Below, piece after piece: positions 1-9,099 of a stretch of DNA of 64,000 nt; within the stretch, counting starts at the first letter, position 1; each line of letters begins with the position of its first letter. This DNA comes from Myxococcota bacterium (lineage in GTDB: Bacteria > Myxococcota_A > UBA9042 > PHBI01 > JAWLBL01), in the NCBI GenBank assembly GCA_041687695.1, contig JAWLBL010000002.1:262761-326760 (forward strand), read 5' to 3'. The position numbers were made by a program, and so were the translations under genes. Below the pieces are notes generated by a model. That model did not search any database. It was not told where the DNA came from and saw only the letters and a program-made list of their open reading frames with translations.

Positions 1-1
1 C

Positions 2-268
2 GGCGTCGAGGCGCAGCTGCTGCCGCTGAGGCTGGCGCGCCTGCACTTCGGCCTGTACGGCTGGCTCGGGCCGGCCTTCACCGAGGCGGCCGGAGGGCTG
101 CTCCCGACCATCGAGCGCTCGACCCTGGCGACCGGCGGCGGGCTGCTGGCCGAGATCGACGTCACCACCCGGCTGGCGGTGTCGCTGCGGGTCGGCGCCA
201 TGGCCGAGCCCGGCGAGGATCTCCTGGACGGGGCCATGCAGGCGTCGCTTGGGCTGGCGGTGTACTGA
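2..268 (+). CDS. 3' end of a gene cut by the window edge; beta-barrel C-terminus paralogous to 304..1413
   Basis: Frame from base 2 reads GVEAQLLPLRLARLHFGLYGWLG...GGGLLAEIDVTTRLAVSLRVG...ASLGLAVY*, which aligns with the C-terminus of the next gene. Absent from the ORF track. Confidence 0.8.
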   Translation, partial: GVEAQLLPLRLARLHFGLYGWLGPAFTEAAGGLLPTIERSTLATGGGLLAEIDVTTRLAVSLRVGAMAEPGEDLLDGAMQASLGLAVY

Positions 269-303
269 CGCCGTCCGTAGGATGCGCCGCCCCAGGAGGT
301 CGC

Positions 304-1413
304 GTGCGGTTGCAGGTCGGTGTGGCGTGTCTGATGGCGGTGGTGATGGGGAGCGGCGGGTGCCTGTCGAGCACCTACGACATCCCCGAGCGCGAGCTGC
401 GGCGGCTGGTCGAGACGGAGCCCCGCGACCGCGGGCTGAGCCTGCGTGTCGTGCAGCGCCTGGGTGAGGACCCGCCGCCCGCCGACACTCCGGACGCGTG
501 GGTGCCCTACGAGCACGAGCCGGGCGTGGTCGTCTACGCCGGCCCGCAGGTGGTGATCCACCCCAGCTACGACCTCTACCACCGGCGCCTCGGGCCGGTG
601 TCGCCCCACGGGCACCACCCGGGGCCGGTGCCGCCGCCGCCCAGCGGCGGGCCCAGCGGCCCGGGGGGCTCCGGCAGCTCCGGCGGCGCCGACATCGACG
701 GCGAGCAGGCGCTGGCCATCCTGGCCGTGGTGGCGCTGACGGGCGGGACGCTGATCGCGGCCCTCATCGAGGGCGAGCGCTACGACGGCTGGGTGACGGT
801 CGACCCCAACCACCCGGTGCACCTGTGGGGCCCGCACGGGCCGCGGGTCGTCCGGCTGGCGCAGCTGACGGCGGCGGATCTCGCGGACGCGCCCGAGGCG
901 ATGATCCGCCTGGGCGAAGGGCGGGGCGCCTTCATGGAGGGGCGGGCGCCGCTGTCGCGCGAGGGCCTGGCCTGGAGGATGGAGGTCGGGCTGGTCGGTG
1001 TGCCCCTGGTCGACGGGGTGACGCCCGCGGGCCTGGGCGCCATCGCGCAGTTCGGCTACTTCGCCACCCAGGAGCTGGGCCTGCTCGGGACCATGACGCT
1101 GGCGGGCGGCGAGGAGGCGTGGGCGGGCGACTACCTCGACTTCCGCATGGGCGCCGAGCTGCACTGGATGCCCATCCAGGCGTCGGTGCTGAACCTGGGC
1201 GCCTACGGGCACGTCGGGATGAGCTCGGCGAGCGCCGCCGGAGGGGCCATCGGGCGGGTCGACCGGACCGGGCTCGTGGCGGGCGGCGGGCTCGCGCTCG
1301 AGCTGGAGATCGTCACGCGGGTGGCGGTCGGCGTGCGGGCCGGGCTGATGACGCTGGTGGGCGACGACAGCGAGGCGGCGAGCCTGGTGACCGGCGGCCT
1401 GAGCGTCTACTGA
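304..1413 (+). CDS. Lipoprotein with His/Pro/Gly-rich linker and C-terminal outer-membrane beta-barrel-like domain
   Basis: Lipobox-like GSGGC; amphipathic strands ending GLSVY (terminal aromatic residue). Confidence 0.7.
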   Translation: MRLQVGVACLMAVVMGSGGCLSSTYDIPERELRRLVETEPRDRGLSLRVVQRLGEDPPPADTPDAWVPYEHEPGVVVYAGPQVVIHPSYDLYHRRLGPVSPHGHHPGPVPPPPSGGPSGPGGSGSSGGADIDGEQALAILAVVALTGGTLIAALIEGERYDGWVTVDPNHPVHLWGPHGPRVVRLAQLTAADLADAPEAMIRLGEGRGAFMEGRAPLSREGLAWRMEVGLVGVPLVDGVTPAGLGAIAQFGYFATQELGLLGTMTLAGGEEAWAGDYLDFRMGAELHWMPIQASVLNLGAYGHVGMSSASAAGGAIGRVDRTGLVAGGGLALELEIVTRVAVGVRAGLMTLVGDDSEAASLVTGGLSVY

Positions 1414-2027
1414 GCGGCGAGGCCGCGCCCGGCCAGGGCGGCCAGCAGGGCGTCCTGAGCCTGGTCGACCGTCAGCGGGCGGCCGGTGGCCAGGGCCAGC
1501 GTGGTGATGGGCAGGCCGCGATACCCGCACGGCGTGATGGCGGCGAAGCCGGCCAGGTCGCAGCAGACGTTCAGGGCCAGGCCGTGGCTGGTGACGTTGC
1601 GGTGGACGTGCAGGCCGATGGAGCCGAGCTTGGCCCCGTCCAGGTAGACGCCCGGGCGGTCGGGGTCGTAGGCGACGGCGGGGGCGCCCAGGGCCGCGCA
1701 GGCCTCGACCATGGCGTGCCCAAGCAGCGCCACCATCTCGGGGACGCCCAGGCGCCGGCGCTGCAGGTCGACCACCGGATAGGCGACCAGCTGGCCCGGC
1801 CCGTGCCAGGTGGCCTGCCCGCCACGATCGGCCTGCACGATCGGCGTCGACAGGCGCGCCAGGGCGTCCGGGTCGACCTCGCCGCCGCGGCGGCCCAGGG
1901 TGACGATCGGGTCGTGCTCGACCAGGTAGAGCTCGTCCTCGCCGCCCGCGAGCACCCGATCGCGCGCCTGCCGCTGCAGGGCCAGCGCGTCGGTCCAGGG
2001 CAGCCTTCCAAGGCGTCGCAAACGCAT
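1407..2027 (-). CDS. lipB: Lipoyl(octanoyl) transferase
   Basis: EHDPIVTLG, RGGQATWHGPGQLVAYP, KLGSIG, HGLALNV and PCG motifs. Confidence 0.95.
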   Translation of the reverse strand: MRLRRLGRLPWTDALALQRQARDRVLAGGEDELYLVEHDPIVTLGRRGGEVDPDALARLSTPIVQADRGGQATWHGPGQLVAYPVVDLQRRRLGVPEMVALLGHAMVEACAALGAPAVAYDPDRPGVYLDGAKLGSIGLHVHRNVTSHGLALNVCCDLAGFAAITPCGYRGLPITTLALATGRPLTVDQAQDALLAALAGRGLAAQ

Positions 2028-2184
2028 CGCCGTACCTCTAGCCGGGGGGGGCGCGAAAGGGAAGCGCGGGCACGCGCGGCGGGAGCCCGCGATGGGGCCG
2101 GGCCGGTTGTCGGCCGCCGGGGCCGCGTGCTAATCAGGGGGCGCGCTGCGGGTCTACGCCCTTTGCCCTTCGGCCGGGAACGCC

Positions 2185-5100
2185 ATGAGCCAAGCCATCT
2201 CCGACTTCTACGCCGCCGAGCTCGCCGAGGAGGCGATCGGCGCCCTGCTCGCGGACGGGGGCCTGGACCCGGCCGCGCTCCTCGGAGACGGGCTGTGGGA
2301 CGGGCGGACCCACGTGCGGCGCAACGCGGCCTGCGCGCTGAGCCTGGCGACGGCGGCGCCCGGCTTCGAAGGGATCGAGCGGCACGACCTGTTCCCGATC
2401 GCGGCCAAGGACGCCGACGCGGTCGTGCGCCGGCACACGGTCAAGGCGATGGGCGAGCTGCGGCTCGAGGCGCGCATCGTCGTCCCGGCGCTGCTGCGCG
2501 CGCTGGGCGACCGGGACCCGCTGGTCGTCGAGGCCGCCTGGCACAGCCTCGAGAAGCTGCTGCTGACCCGCCCGCCCGAGATCCTGCCCCTGCTGATCGA
2601 CGCCCTGGGCGACGATCGCCCCTTCGTGATGGTCGCCGCCTCGGACCTGCTGCTCAAGGGCGGCCCGCCCGCGGCCGAGGCCCTGGTCCGGGCGCTGGGG
2701 CACGACAGCTCGGCCGTGCGCGACGGCGCCTTCCACGTGCTCGAGCAGCTGTCGACCGTGGCGACGCCCTCTCTGATCCCGGCGCTGGACGACCGCGTCC
2801 GCCGCGAGATGGCGACGCGCCTGCTGCTGGCCCTGCCGGCGCCCGAGCCCGAGGAGGAGGAGGCGCTCAAGGGTCTCGAAGGCGCGGCCGACGCCCTGAC
2901 GCGCGCCGCCGCCGGCCAGGTCCTGCGGTCGCTCGCCGCCGCCCGGCGCCGCCCCAAGCCGACGCCGTTCGTGCCGCCCACGCCCGAGTTCACCGAGCGG
3001 GCGCTGACCGAGGCCGAGCTGCAGGCCGTCGCCGACGCCGCGCCGCCCATCGCCGGGCTGGTCCCGGGGCTGCGCGACGGGCGCCCGCACGTTCGGCTGA
3101 ACGTGGCGCACGCGCTGGGGCTGCTGATCGAGGCGGCCGACGCGGACGCGCGCGCCCTGGCCGCGGCCGGGCTGGGGCCGGTCGCGCGCGATCCCGAGCC
3201 GGCCGTGCGCGCCGCGGCCGTGCTGTCGCTGGGGCAGCTGGCCCGGGTCGGGTCGACGGTCGTCGTGGATCCCCTGGTCGTCGCCAGCAGCGACGCCGAC
3301 GACGAGGTGCGGCGCCTCGCGCAGATCGGGCTGTTGGCCTTGTCGGCCGCGGGGGCGAGCGGGTCGCGGGCGCTCATCGGGGCCATCCGACCCGAGCAGC
3401 CGCGGACCGCGCACCGGGCCATCGTGGCGGCGCTGGGGGGCCTGGGCGGGCCGGCCGTGCTGCCGTTGAGCGAGGCGGTCCGCGCGGCGCGACACCCGAC
3501 GGTGCGCGAGCTGGCGGCCGACGCCTTGAGGCGCATCGGCCCCGGGGCGGCGGCGGCGCTGGACGGGCTGTACGCCGCGCTGGCCGACCCGGTCGACGCG
3601 GTGCGGCAGGCGGCCGCGCGGGCGGTCGGCGTGGTGGGCGAGGGGGCGGCCGAGGAGGCGCTGGCGCGGCTGGACGCGGCGATGGCCGACGGCACGCTGG
3701 CGGTGCGCCGCGAGGCCGCGATGGCCATGGCCCGCCTCAAGGGCGAGCCGGTGGGCCCGCAGGGGCCGACGGAGCCCGAGCCCATCGCCGTGGACGGTTT
3801 CGAGGAGCGCGTGCTGACCGAGGAGGCGCTGGCCGGGGCGGCCGGAGGCCTCGAGCTGGGGCGTCTGGTGCGGGGCCTGCGCGACGGGCGCAAGGCGGTG
3901 CGCGTCAACGCGGCGACGACGCTGGGCCTGCGAGGGCCCGAGGCGGTCCTGGCGGCGCCGGCCCTGAGCGCGGCCGTCAAGGACGCCGACCCGTTCGTGC
4001 GCCTGGCGGCGGCCATCGCGTTGGGGCGGCTGGGGCCGGAGGCGGTGCCGTTCGCGGCGGCGGCGCTGATCGGGGCGCTGGCCGACCGGGCGCCGGTGGT
4101 GGCCGAGGCGGCCAAGCGGTCGCTGCAGGGGCTGGGGGCGCCGGCGCTGGCGCCGCTGCTGGCGGCGATGGGGGGCGACCCGGATCTGGTGGGGCGCACG
4201 GTGCTGAAGGTGCTGCCGGGCTTCGGCGCGCCAGCGCGCGACGGACTGGTGGCGCTGCTGCGCGACGGCGCCCCACGCGCGCGCCTGAACGCGCTGCGGG
4301 GGCTGAGCCGCCTCGGGCGACAGGAGGCGGCCCCGGCGCGCGAGCTCGCGGCGGCGCTGGCGCGCGACCCCGACCCGGACACGGCCGCCGAGGCGCGGCG
4401 CCTGGTCGACGTCATCGACGGGCGCGAGGCGCCGCCCAAGGCGCTCGAGGCGCTGCCGCTGCCGGTCGAGGGCTTCGACGCGCGCAGCCTCGAGGCGGCC
4501 GAGCTGACCCAGGCGGCCAAGAAGCTGACGGGCGAGCGCCTGGCCGCGCTGCTGACCGACGGGCGGCCCTTCGTGCGCGAGAACGCGGCGCGCGCGCTGG
4601 GGCTCATGGGGGCCAAGGCCGAGCCCGGGCACGACGGGCTCATCCTGGCGCTCAAGGACGCCGACACCAGCGTGCGCGCGGCGGCGGCCGAGAGCCTGGG
4701 GCAGCTGCGCGCGGCCCCGCAGCGGGCGGTGCCCGCCATGATCCTGGCCCTGCGCGGGGCGGCGCCGCTCGTCGAGGTCGGCGTCATGCAGGCGCTCGAC
4801 GCCTACGGCGAGGCCGCCGAGGGGCCGGCGCGCGCGCTGCTGGTCGAGGACTGGGACGTGCTGCGCGCGACCTTGGCCGTCGTCGTGAAGGCCTACCCCG
4901 CGAGCTTCGTGCCCGGCTTGGCCGAGGCGCTCGGAGCGGCGAGCGCCCCGGCGGCGACGCGCGTCAATGCGGCACGCCTGCTGGCGCAGCTGCCCGCGGC
5001 CTCGCTGGGGCCGGCGCGGAAGGCCGCCGAAGGGGCGGCGCGCGAGGCGGACGCCCAGGTAGCGGCCGAGGCGCGGCGGGTCGTCGACGTGCTCGAGGGC

Positions 5101-6582
5101 CGCCTGCCGCCGCCCAAGGTGCTGGAGGCGCGGGCCCTGCCGCTGGACGGGTTCGACGCGGCCGTCGTGCCGGTCGAGGCGCTGGAGAAGGCGGCCAAGA
5201 AGCTGGACGCGGCACCCCTGGTCGACCTGCTGTCGGACGGCCGGCCCTTCGTGCGCGAGAACGCCGCGCGGTCGCTGGGGCTGCTGGGCAAGGCGGCGCA
5301 CGGGGCGGTGGCCCAGCTGGCGCTGGTGCTGCGCGACGCGGACCCGGGCGTGCGCATCGCGGCGGCCGAGTCCCTGGGGCGGCTGGCCCACGATCCCGAG
5401 GTCGCGGTGCCCCGGCTGGTCCTTTCGCTGGCGGCCGGTGGGCAGCAGGTGGCCCCCGGGCTGCAGAGCGCGGTCCTGGCGGCCATCGACGCCTTCGGTG
5501 ACGCGGCGGTGGCGCCGCTCATCGCCACGTTGGTGGGGCGGCCGACCGAGGTGGCGCCCGCGATGGCGCGCGTGGTGGCCCAGCGCCCGGCCCGCTTCGT
5601 CAAGGCGCTCGGGGACGTGCTGGCCGGCGCCGAGAGCCCCATCGCTCGCGAGAACGCCGCGCGCAGCCTGGCGCAGCTGGCGCCGACGGTGGCCGAGCCG
5701 GCGCGGGCCCAGATCGTCAAGGCGTGCGCCGACCGCGACGGGGCCCTCGCCGCGCTGGCCAAGGCCGCCCTTGACGCCCTGGACGGCGTGGTGCCGCCGC
5801 CCAAGGTGCGCGAGCCGCGGGCCATGCCGGTCGACGGCTTCGACGCGCGCGCGCTGGGGGCCGACGAGCTGGGCAAGGCCAAAAAAGCGCTGGACGTGGC
5901 GCAGCTGGCGCCGCTGCTCGAGGACGGGCGGGCGCAGGTGCGGGCCAATGCGGCGCGCGGGCTGGCGACGGCCGGCAAGGCGGCCCACGAGCTGGTGCCC
6001 AAGCTGGCGGTGCTGCTCAAGGACGCCGAGATGGACGTGCGTGTCGCGGCGGCCGAGGCGCTCGGGACGCTGGCGCACGGGCCCGAGGCCGCGGTCCCGC
6101 CGCTGGTGCAGAGCTTGAAGGGCGCCAGCGAGGCCCTGAAGGCCGCCGCGATGGCCGCGGTGGCGGCGTTCGGCGACAAGGCGGTCGACCCGGCGCTGCG
6201 CCTGCTCGGCGGGCGCCCCGAGGACCTCGAGGTGACGCTGCAGCCGGTGGTGCTGGCGGCGCCCAAGCGCTTCGTGCCGGCGCTCATCGCGGTGCTGACC
6301 ACGGGCGACACCGTCGTGCGGCGCGAGAACGCGGTCGATCTGCTGGCGGCGCTGGGCGAGCACGCGCGCCCCGCCGAGGCGGCGCTGCTCGAGGCGCTGA
6401 GCGACTCGGACGTGCTGATGCGCCTCAAGGTCATCCGCGCCCTGCCGCGGGTCGCCAAGCCCAGCGACAAGGTGCTGGGCGCGCTGAAGAAGCTGCTCGA
6501 GACCGAGCGGCGGCCGACGGTGGTCTTCGCCATCAAGGGCGCCGCGCGGGCCATCAAGCGCGCGATGGCCCCGGCGGCCTGA
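2185..6582 (+). CDS. Large HEAT-repeat (alpha-solenoid) protein, 1465 aa
   Basis: Many LxDxDxxVRxxAAxxLG units; no signal peptide; typical GC3 codon bias in this frame. Confidence 0.9.
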   Translation: MSQAISDFYAAELAEEAIGALLADGGLDPAALLGDGLWDGRTHVRRNAACALSLATAAPGFEGIERHDLFPIAAKDADAVVRRHTVKAMGELRLEARIVVPALLRALGDRDPLVVEAAWHSLEKLLLTRPPEILPLLIDALGDDRPFVMVAASDLLLKGGPPAAEALVRALGHDSSAVRDGAFHVLEQLSTVATPSLIPALDDRVRREMATRLLLALPAPEPEEEEALKGLEGAADALTRAAAGQVLRSLAAARRRPKPTPFVPPTPEFTERALTEAELQAVADAAPPIAGLVPGLRDGRPHVRLNVAHALGLLIEAADADARALAAAGLGPVARDPEPAVRAAAVLSLGQLARVGSTVVVDPLVVASSDADDEVRRLAQIGLLALSAAGASGSRALIGAIRPEQPRTAHRAIVAALGGLGGPAVLPLSEAVRAARHPTVRELAADALRRIGPGAAAALDGLYAALADPVDAVRQAAARAVGVVGEGAAEEALARLDAAMADGTLAVRREAAMAMARLKGEPVGPQGPTEPEPIAVDGFEERVLTEEALAGAAGGLELGRLVRGLRDGRKAVRVNAATTLGLRGPEAVLAAPALSAAVKDADPFVRLAAAIALGRLGPEAVPFAAAALIGALADRAPVVAEAAKRSLQGLGAPALAPLLAAMGGDPDLVGRTVLKVLPGFGAPARDGLVALLRDGAPRARLNALRGLSRLGRQEAAPARELAAALARDPDPDTAAEARRLVDVIDGREAPPKALEALPLPVEGFDARSLEAAELTQAAKKLTGERLAALLTDGRPFVRENAARALGLMGAKAEPGHDGLILALKDADTSVRAAAAESLGQLRAAPQRAVPAMILALRGAAPLVEVGVMQALDAYGEAAEGPARALLVEDWDVLRATLAVVVKAYPASFVPGLAEALGAASAPAATRVNAARLLAQLPAASLGPARKAAEGAAREADAQVAAEARRVVDVLEGRLPPPKVLEARALPLDGFDAAVVPVEALEKAAKKLDAAPLVDLLSDGRPFVRENAARSLGLLGKAAHGAVAQLALVLRDADPGVRIAAAESLGRLAHDPEVAVPRLVLSLAAGGQQVAPGLQSAVLAAIDAFGDAAVAPLIATLVGRPTEVAPAMARVVAQRPARFVKALGDVLAGAESPIARENAARSLAQLAPTVAEPARAQIVKACADRDGALAALAKAALDALDGVVPPPKVREPRAMPVDGFDARALGADELGKAKKALDVAQLAPLLEDGRAQVRANAARGLATAGKAAHELVPKLAVLLKDAEMDVRVAAAEALGTLAHGPEAAVPPLVQSLKGASEALKAAAMAAVAAFGDKAVDPALRLLGGRPEDLEVTLQPVVLAAPKRFVPALIAVLTTGDTVVRRENAVDLLAALGEHARPAEAALLEALSDSDVLMRLKVIRALPRVAKPSDKVLGALKKLLETERRPTVVFAIKGAARAIKRAMAPAA

Positions 6583-6708
6583 GCGGGCGCCGATCGCGCG
6601 AGGCAAAGAGGGAGTGCGCCGCCCGCGCCCGCGGGACCTGACTACCGATCGGGTCGTCGGGCCGACCCGCGACGACGTCGTCACCAGCAGGGAGGGCCAC
6701 GGTCGCCG

Positions 6709-7575
6709 TCACGGTCCGAGCCCGGGGTGCAGGGCCTCGGCCAGCTCGCGCGCGGCCTGCGCGGTGCGGGGGCCGAAGCCGAGCAGCTTCACATCGTTCA
6801 TCGCCACGACGCGCCGCGCGCGGCCGGCGGGGGTCTGCGCGACGCCAGGCTGGCTCAGCAGGCCGTCGATGCCGCCCAGGCTGACCAGGCCGCTCTCGGG
6901 GACCAGGATGACCTCCGGGGCCGCGGCCACGACGCCCTCGCCGGTCAGCGGGCGGTAGCCCTCGAAGTCGGTGACGGCGTTGGTAGCCCCGGCCAGGGCC
7001 AGCATGTGGTCGGCGGCCGTGCCCCGTCCAGCGACGTTCATGACGTCGGCCCCGCGCGCGTAGAGCGCCAGGACCCGCGGCCGCTCGGGGCGGGCCGCCA
7101 CCGCCTTGGCGAGGGCCGCGAGGTCGGCGTCCATCCGTGCCACCAGGGCGGCGGCTTCCTGGGGATACCACAGCACCTGTCCCACCTTGGTCAGGCGCTC
7201 GCGCGCCCCGGCGACGGTGGGGGCGCCCGTGAAGACCATCACCTCGACACCGGCGGCGCGCAGCTGCATCAGGGCCGCGGGCGGGCCGGCGTCCTCGGTG
7301 GCGATGACCATGTCCGGCCGCAGCGACAGGACGCTCTCGACCGCGACCTGGCGCAGGTCGCCGACCTTGGGCAGGGCGGCGGCCTCGGGCGGATGGAGGC
7401 TCGAGGTGTCGACGCCGACGACCAGGTCCCCCGCGCCGACGGCGAAGATGGCCTCGGTCACGTTGCCGCCGATGGCGACCACGCGGGGCGTGGGGCGCTG
7501 GGGCGCGTCGGGTTCGGCTGCGCGGCAGCCGGCGGCCAGGACGAGGGCGAGGGCGATGAGACGGGACGTCGGCAT
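6709..7575 (-). CDS. Heme/hemin ABC transporter substrate-binding lipoprotein (HmuT/ShuT/PhuT-like)
   Basis: ATG at 7575 gives signal MPTSRLIALALVLAAGC; GGNVTEAIFAVG, VGVDTSS, EGYRPLTGEG, QTPAG and LLGFGPR motifs. Confidence 0.85.
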   Translation of the reverse strand: MPTSRLIALALVLAAGCRAAEPDAPQRPTPRVVAIGGNVTEAIFAVGAGDLVVGVDTSSLHPPEAAALPKVGDLRQVAVESVLSLRPDMVIATEDAGPPAALMQLRAAGVEVMVFTGAPTVAGARERLTKVGQVLWYPQEAAALVARMDADLAALAKAVAARPERPRVLALYARGADVMNVAGRGTAADHMLALAGATNAVTDFEGYRPLTGEGVVAAAPEVILVPESGLVSLGGIDGLLSQPGVAQTPAGRARRVVAMNDVKLLGFGPRTAQAARELAEALHPGLGP

Positions 7576-7770
7576 GGTTCGCTCAGGGTCGGAGCCGATG
7601 AAGGCCCAGGAGAAGGTGAGGCCGCCGTCGTCCCAGGCGGTCACGGGCAGCTTGGCCGTGCGCCCGTCGGCCGCGCGGACGACGACGATGGTTACGCGCG
7701 GCGTCGCCGCGTGCGTGGCCGGATTGTAGTCGTAGCAGCCCGAAAGGATCGCGTTGGCCGAGGTCGGGGC
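7576..7770 (-). pseudogene. C-terminal remnant of an HmuY-family heme-binding protein
   Basis: Reads SANAILSGCYDYNPATHAATPRVTIVVVRAADGRTAKLPVTAWDDGGLTFSWAFI, resembling the HmuY C-terminus (WYxY...H...P...YVVRTADGxYAKL). In-frame stop upstream at 7780-7782; no N-terminus. Confidence 0.65.
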
Positions 7771-7775
7771 CTTGG

Positions 7776-7970
7776 GGCGTCATGGTGTCCCACGCCAACC
7801 TGGCCGCGAACCTCGCGATGATGGCCTCCGGCGCTGACATCGTGCCGGGCTCGCGCGCGGTCGGCTGGGTGCCGCCCTTCCACGACCTCGGGCTCGTGGG
7901 CGACGTCCTGCAGTCGGTCGACCTGCGCGGCGAGATGATCCTGCTGTCGCCGCTGCACTTCCTGCGTCAG
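7776..7970 (+). pseudogene. Internal fragment of a fatty acyl-AMP ligase (adenylation domain)
   Basis: GVMVSHANLAANL...WVPPFHDLGLVGDVLQ...LLSPLHFLRQ matches the FAAL segment KGVMVSHxN...WLPxYHDMGLIG...MSPxxFL. Similarity stops at the stop codon of the convergent desulfurase. Confidence 0.75.
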
Positions 7971-9073
7971 CGCGCGCGGGCGATGGCGTCGGGCAGCACG
8001 GCGGCCAGCCGGTCGATCTCGACCACGTCCGTCGTGTGGCCCAGTGAGACGCGCACGACCCGGAAGCACTCGTCGGGGCCGAGGCCCATCGCGGTCAGCA
8101 CCCGCGAGGGCTTGAGCGTCCCCGAGTGGCAGGCGCTGCCGGTCGACACCGCGATGCCGGCCCGATCGAGGCGGCCGACCACGGCCTCGGCCTCGACCCC
8201 TTCGGGCAGCAGCAGGCTGATGGTGTTGGGCAGCCGCGGGGCGCCGCGCCCGATGACGCGGGCGCCCGGCAGCTCCGCGAGCAGCGCCTCCTCGAGCCGG
8301 TCGCGCAGGGCCTGCACGCGGTGGGCCTCGTGCGCTCGGTCGACCCTCACCTGCGCGACCGCCGCGCCGAAGCCCGCGATGGCCGGCAGCGGCTCGGTCC
8401 CGCCGCGTAGGCCCCGCTCCTGCCCGCCGCCGAAGATCAGCGGGAGCACCGGCGCGTCGGTCGGCGTCACCAGCGCGCCCACGCCCTTGGGTCCGCCCAG
8501 CTTGTGGGCCGTCACCACCAGGTAGTCGGGCGCGAAGTCGATGGGCAGCCGCCCGGCCCACTGCACGGCGTCGACCAGCAGCGGCACCTCGCGCTCGCGC
8601 ATCGCCCGGGTCAGCTCGGCGACCGGCTGCAGCAGCCCCGTCTCGTTGTTCGCCGCCATGACGATGACCAGCGCCGGCGCCTCGCCCCGCTCGACCTCGG
8701 CCACCACGTGCGCCACGTCCACCGCGCCGTCGGCGCCCACCGGCAGCACCTCGACCCGCCGGTCCGGCCGCGCCTCGAGCGCCGCCCACACCGCCGGATG
8801 CTCGACCGCGCTGACCAGCACCCGCCCCGGCCCCGCCGAGTGGATCGCCTGGTTGAGCGCCTCGGTCGCCCCGCTCGTGAAGACCACCTGCTCGGGCCGC
8901 GCCCCGGCCAGCTCGGCCAGTGTCCGCCGCGCCTCGTCCAGCACCGCCCGCGCCTGGCGCCCGGCCTTGTGCGCGCTCGACGGGTTGCCCCACGCGCCCT
9001 CGAGCGCGGCCACCATCGCGGCCTTGGCCTCGTCGAGCAGCGGCGTCGTCGCGTTGTGGTCGAGGTAGATCAC
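7967..9073 (-). CDS. Cysteine desulfurase (IscS/NifS family)
   Basis: YLDHNATT, FTSGATE, EHPAV, DAVQ, AHKLGGPKG (PLP Lys) and GSACHS (catalytic Cys). Confidence 0.93.
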   Translation of the reverse strand: MIYLDHNATTPLLDEAKAAMVAALEGAWGNPSSAHKAGRQARAVLDEARRTLAELAGARPEQVVFTSGATEALNQAIHSAGPGRVLVSAVEHPAVWAALEARPDRRVEVLPVGADGAVDVAHVVAEVERGEAPALVIVMAANNETGLLQPVAELTRAMREREVPLLVDAVQWAGRLPIDFAPDYLVVTAHKLGGPKGVGALVTPTDAPVLPLIFGGGQERGLRGGTEPLPAIAGFGAAVAQVRVDRAHEAHRVQALRDRLEEALLAELPGARVIGRGAPRLPNTISLLLPEGVEAEAVVGRLDRAGIAVSTGSACHSGTLKPSRVLTAMGLGPDECFRVVRVSLGHTTDVVEIDRLAAVLPDAIARAR

Positions 9074-9099
9074 CAGGGGCCCTCCCGGGGGCGACGGGG

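Noticed and set aside
7971..8525. Continuation of the 247-aa ORF 7782-8525 as a full gene
   Set aside because: Only the first ~63 codons resemble FAAL; the rest is the antisense of the desulfurase.
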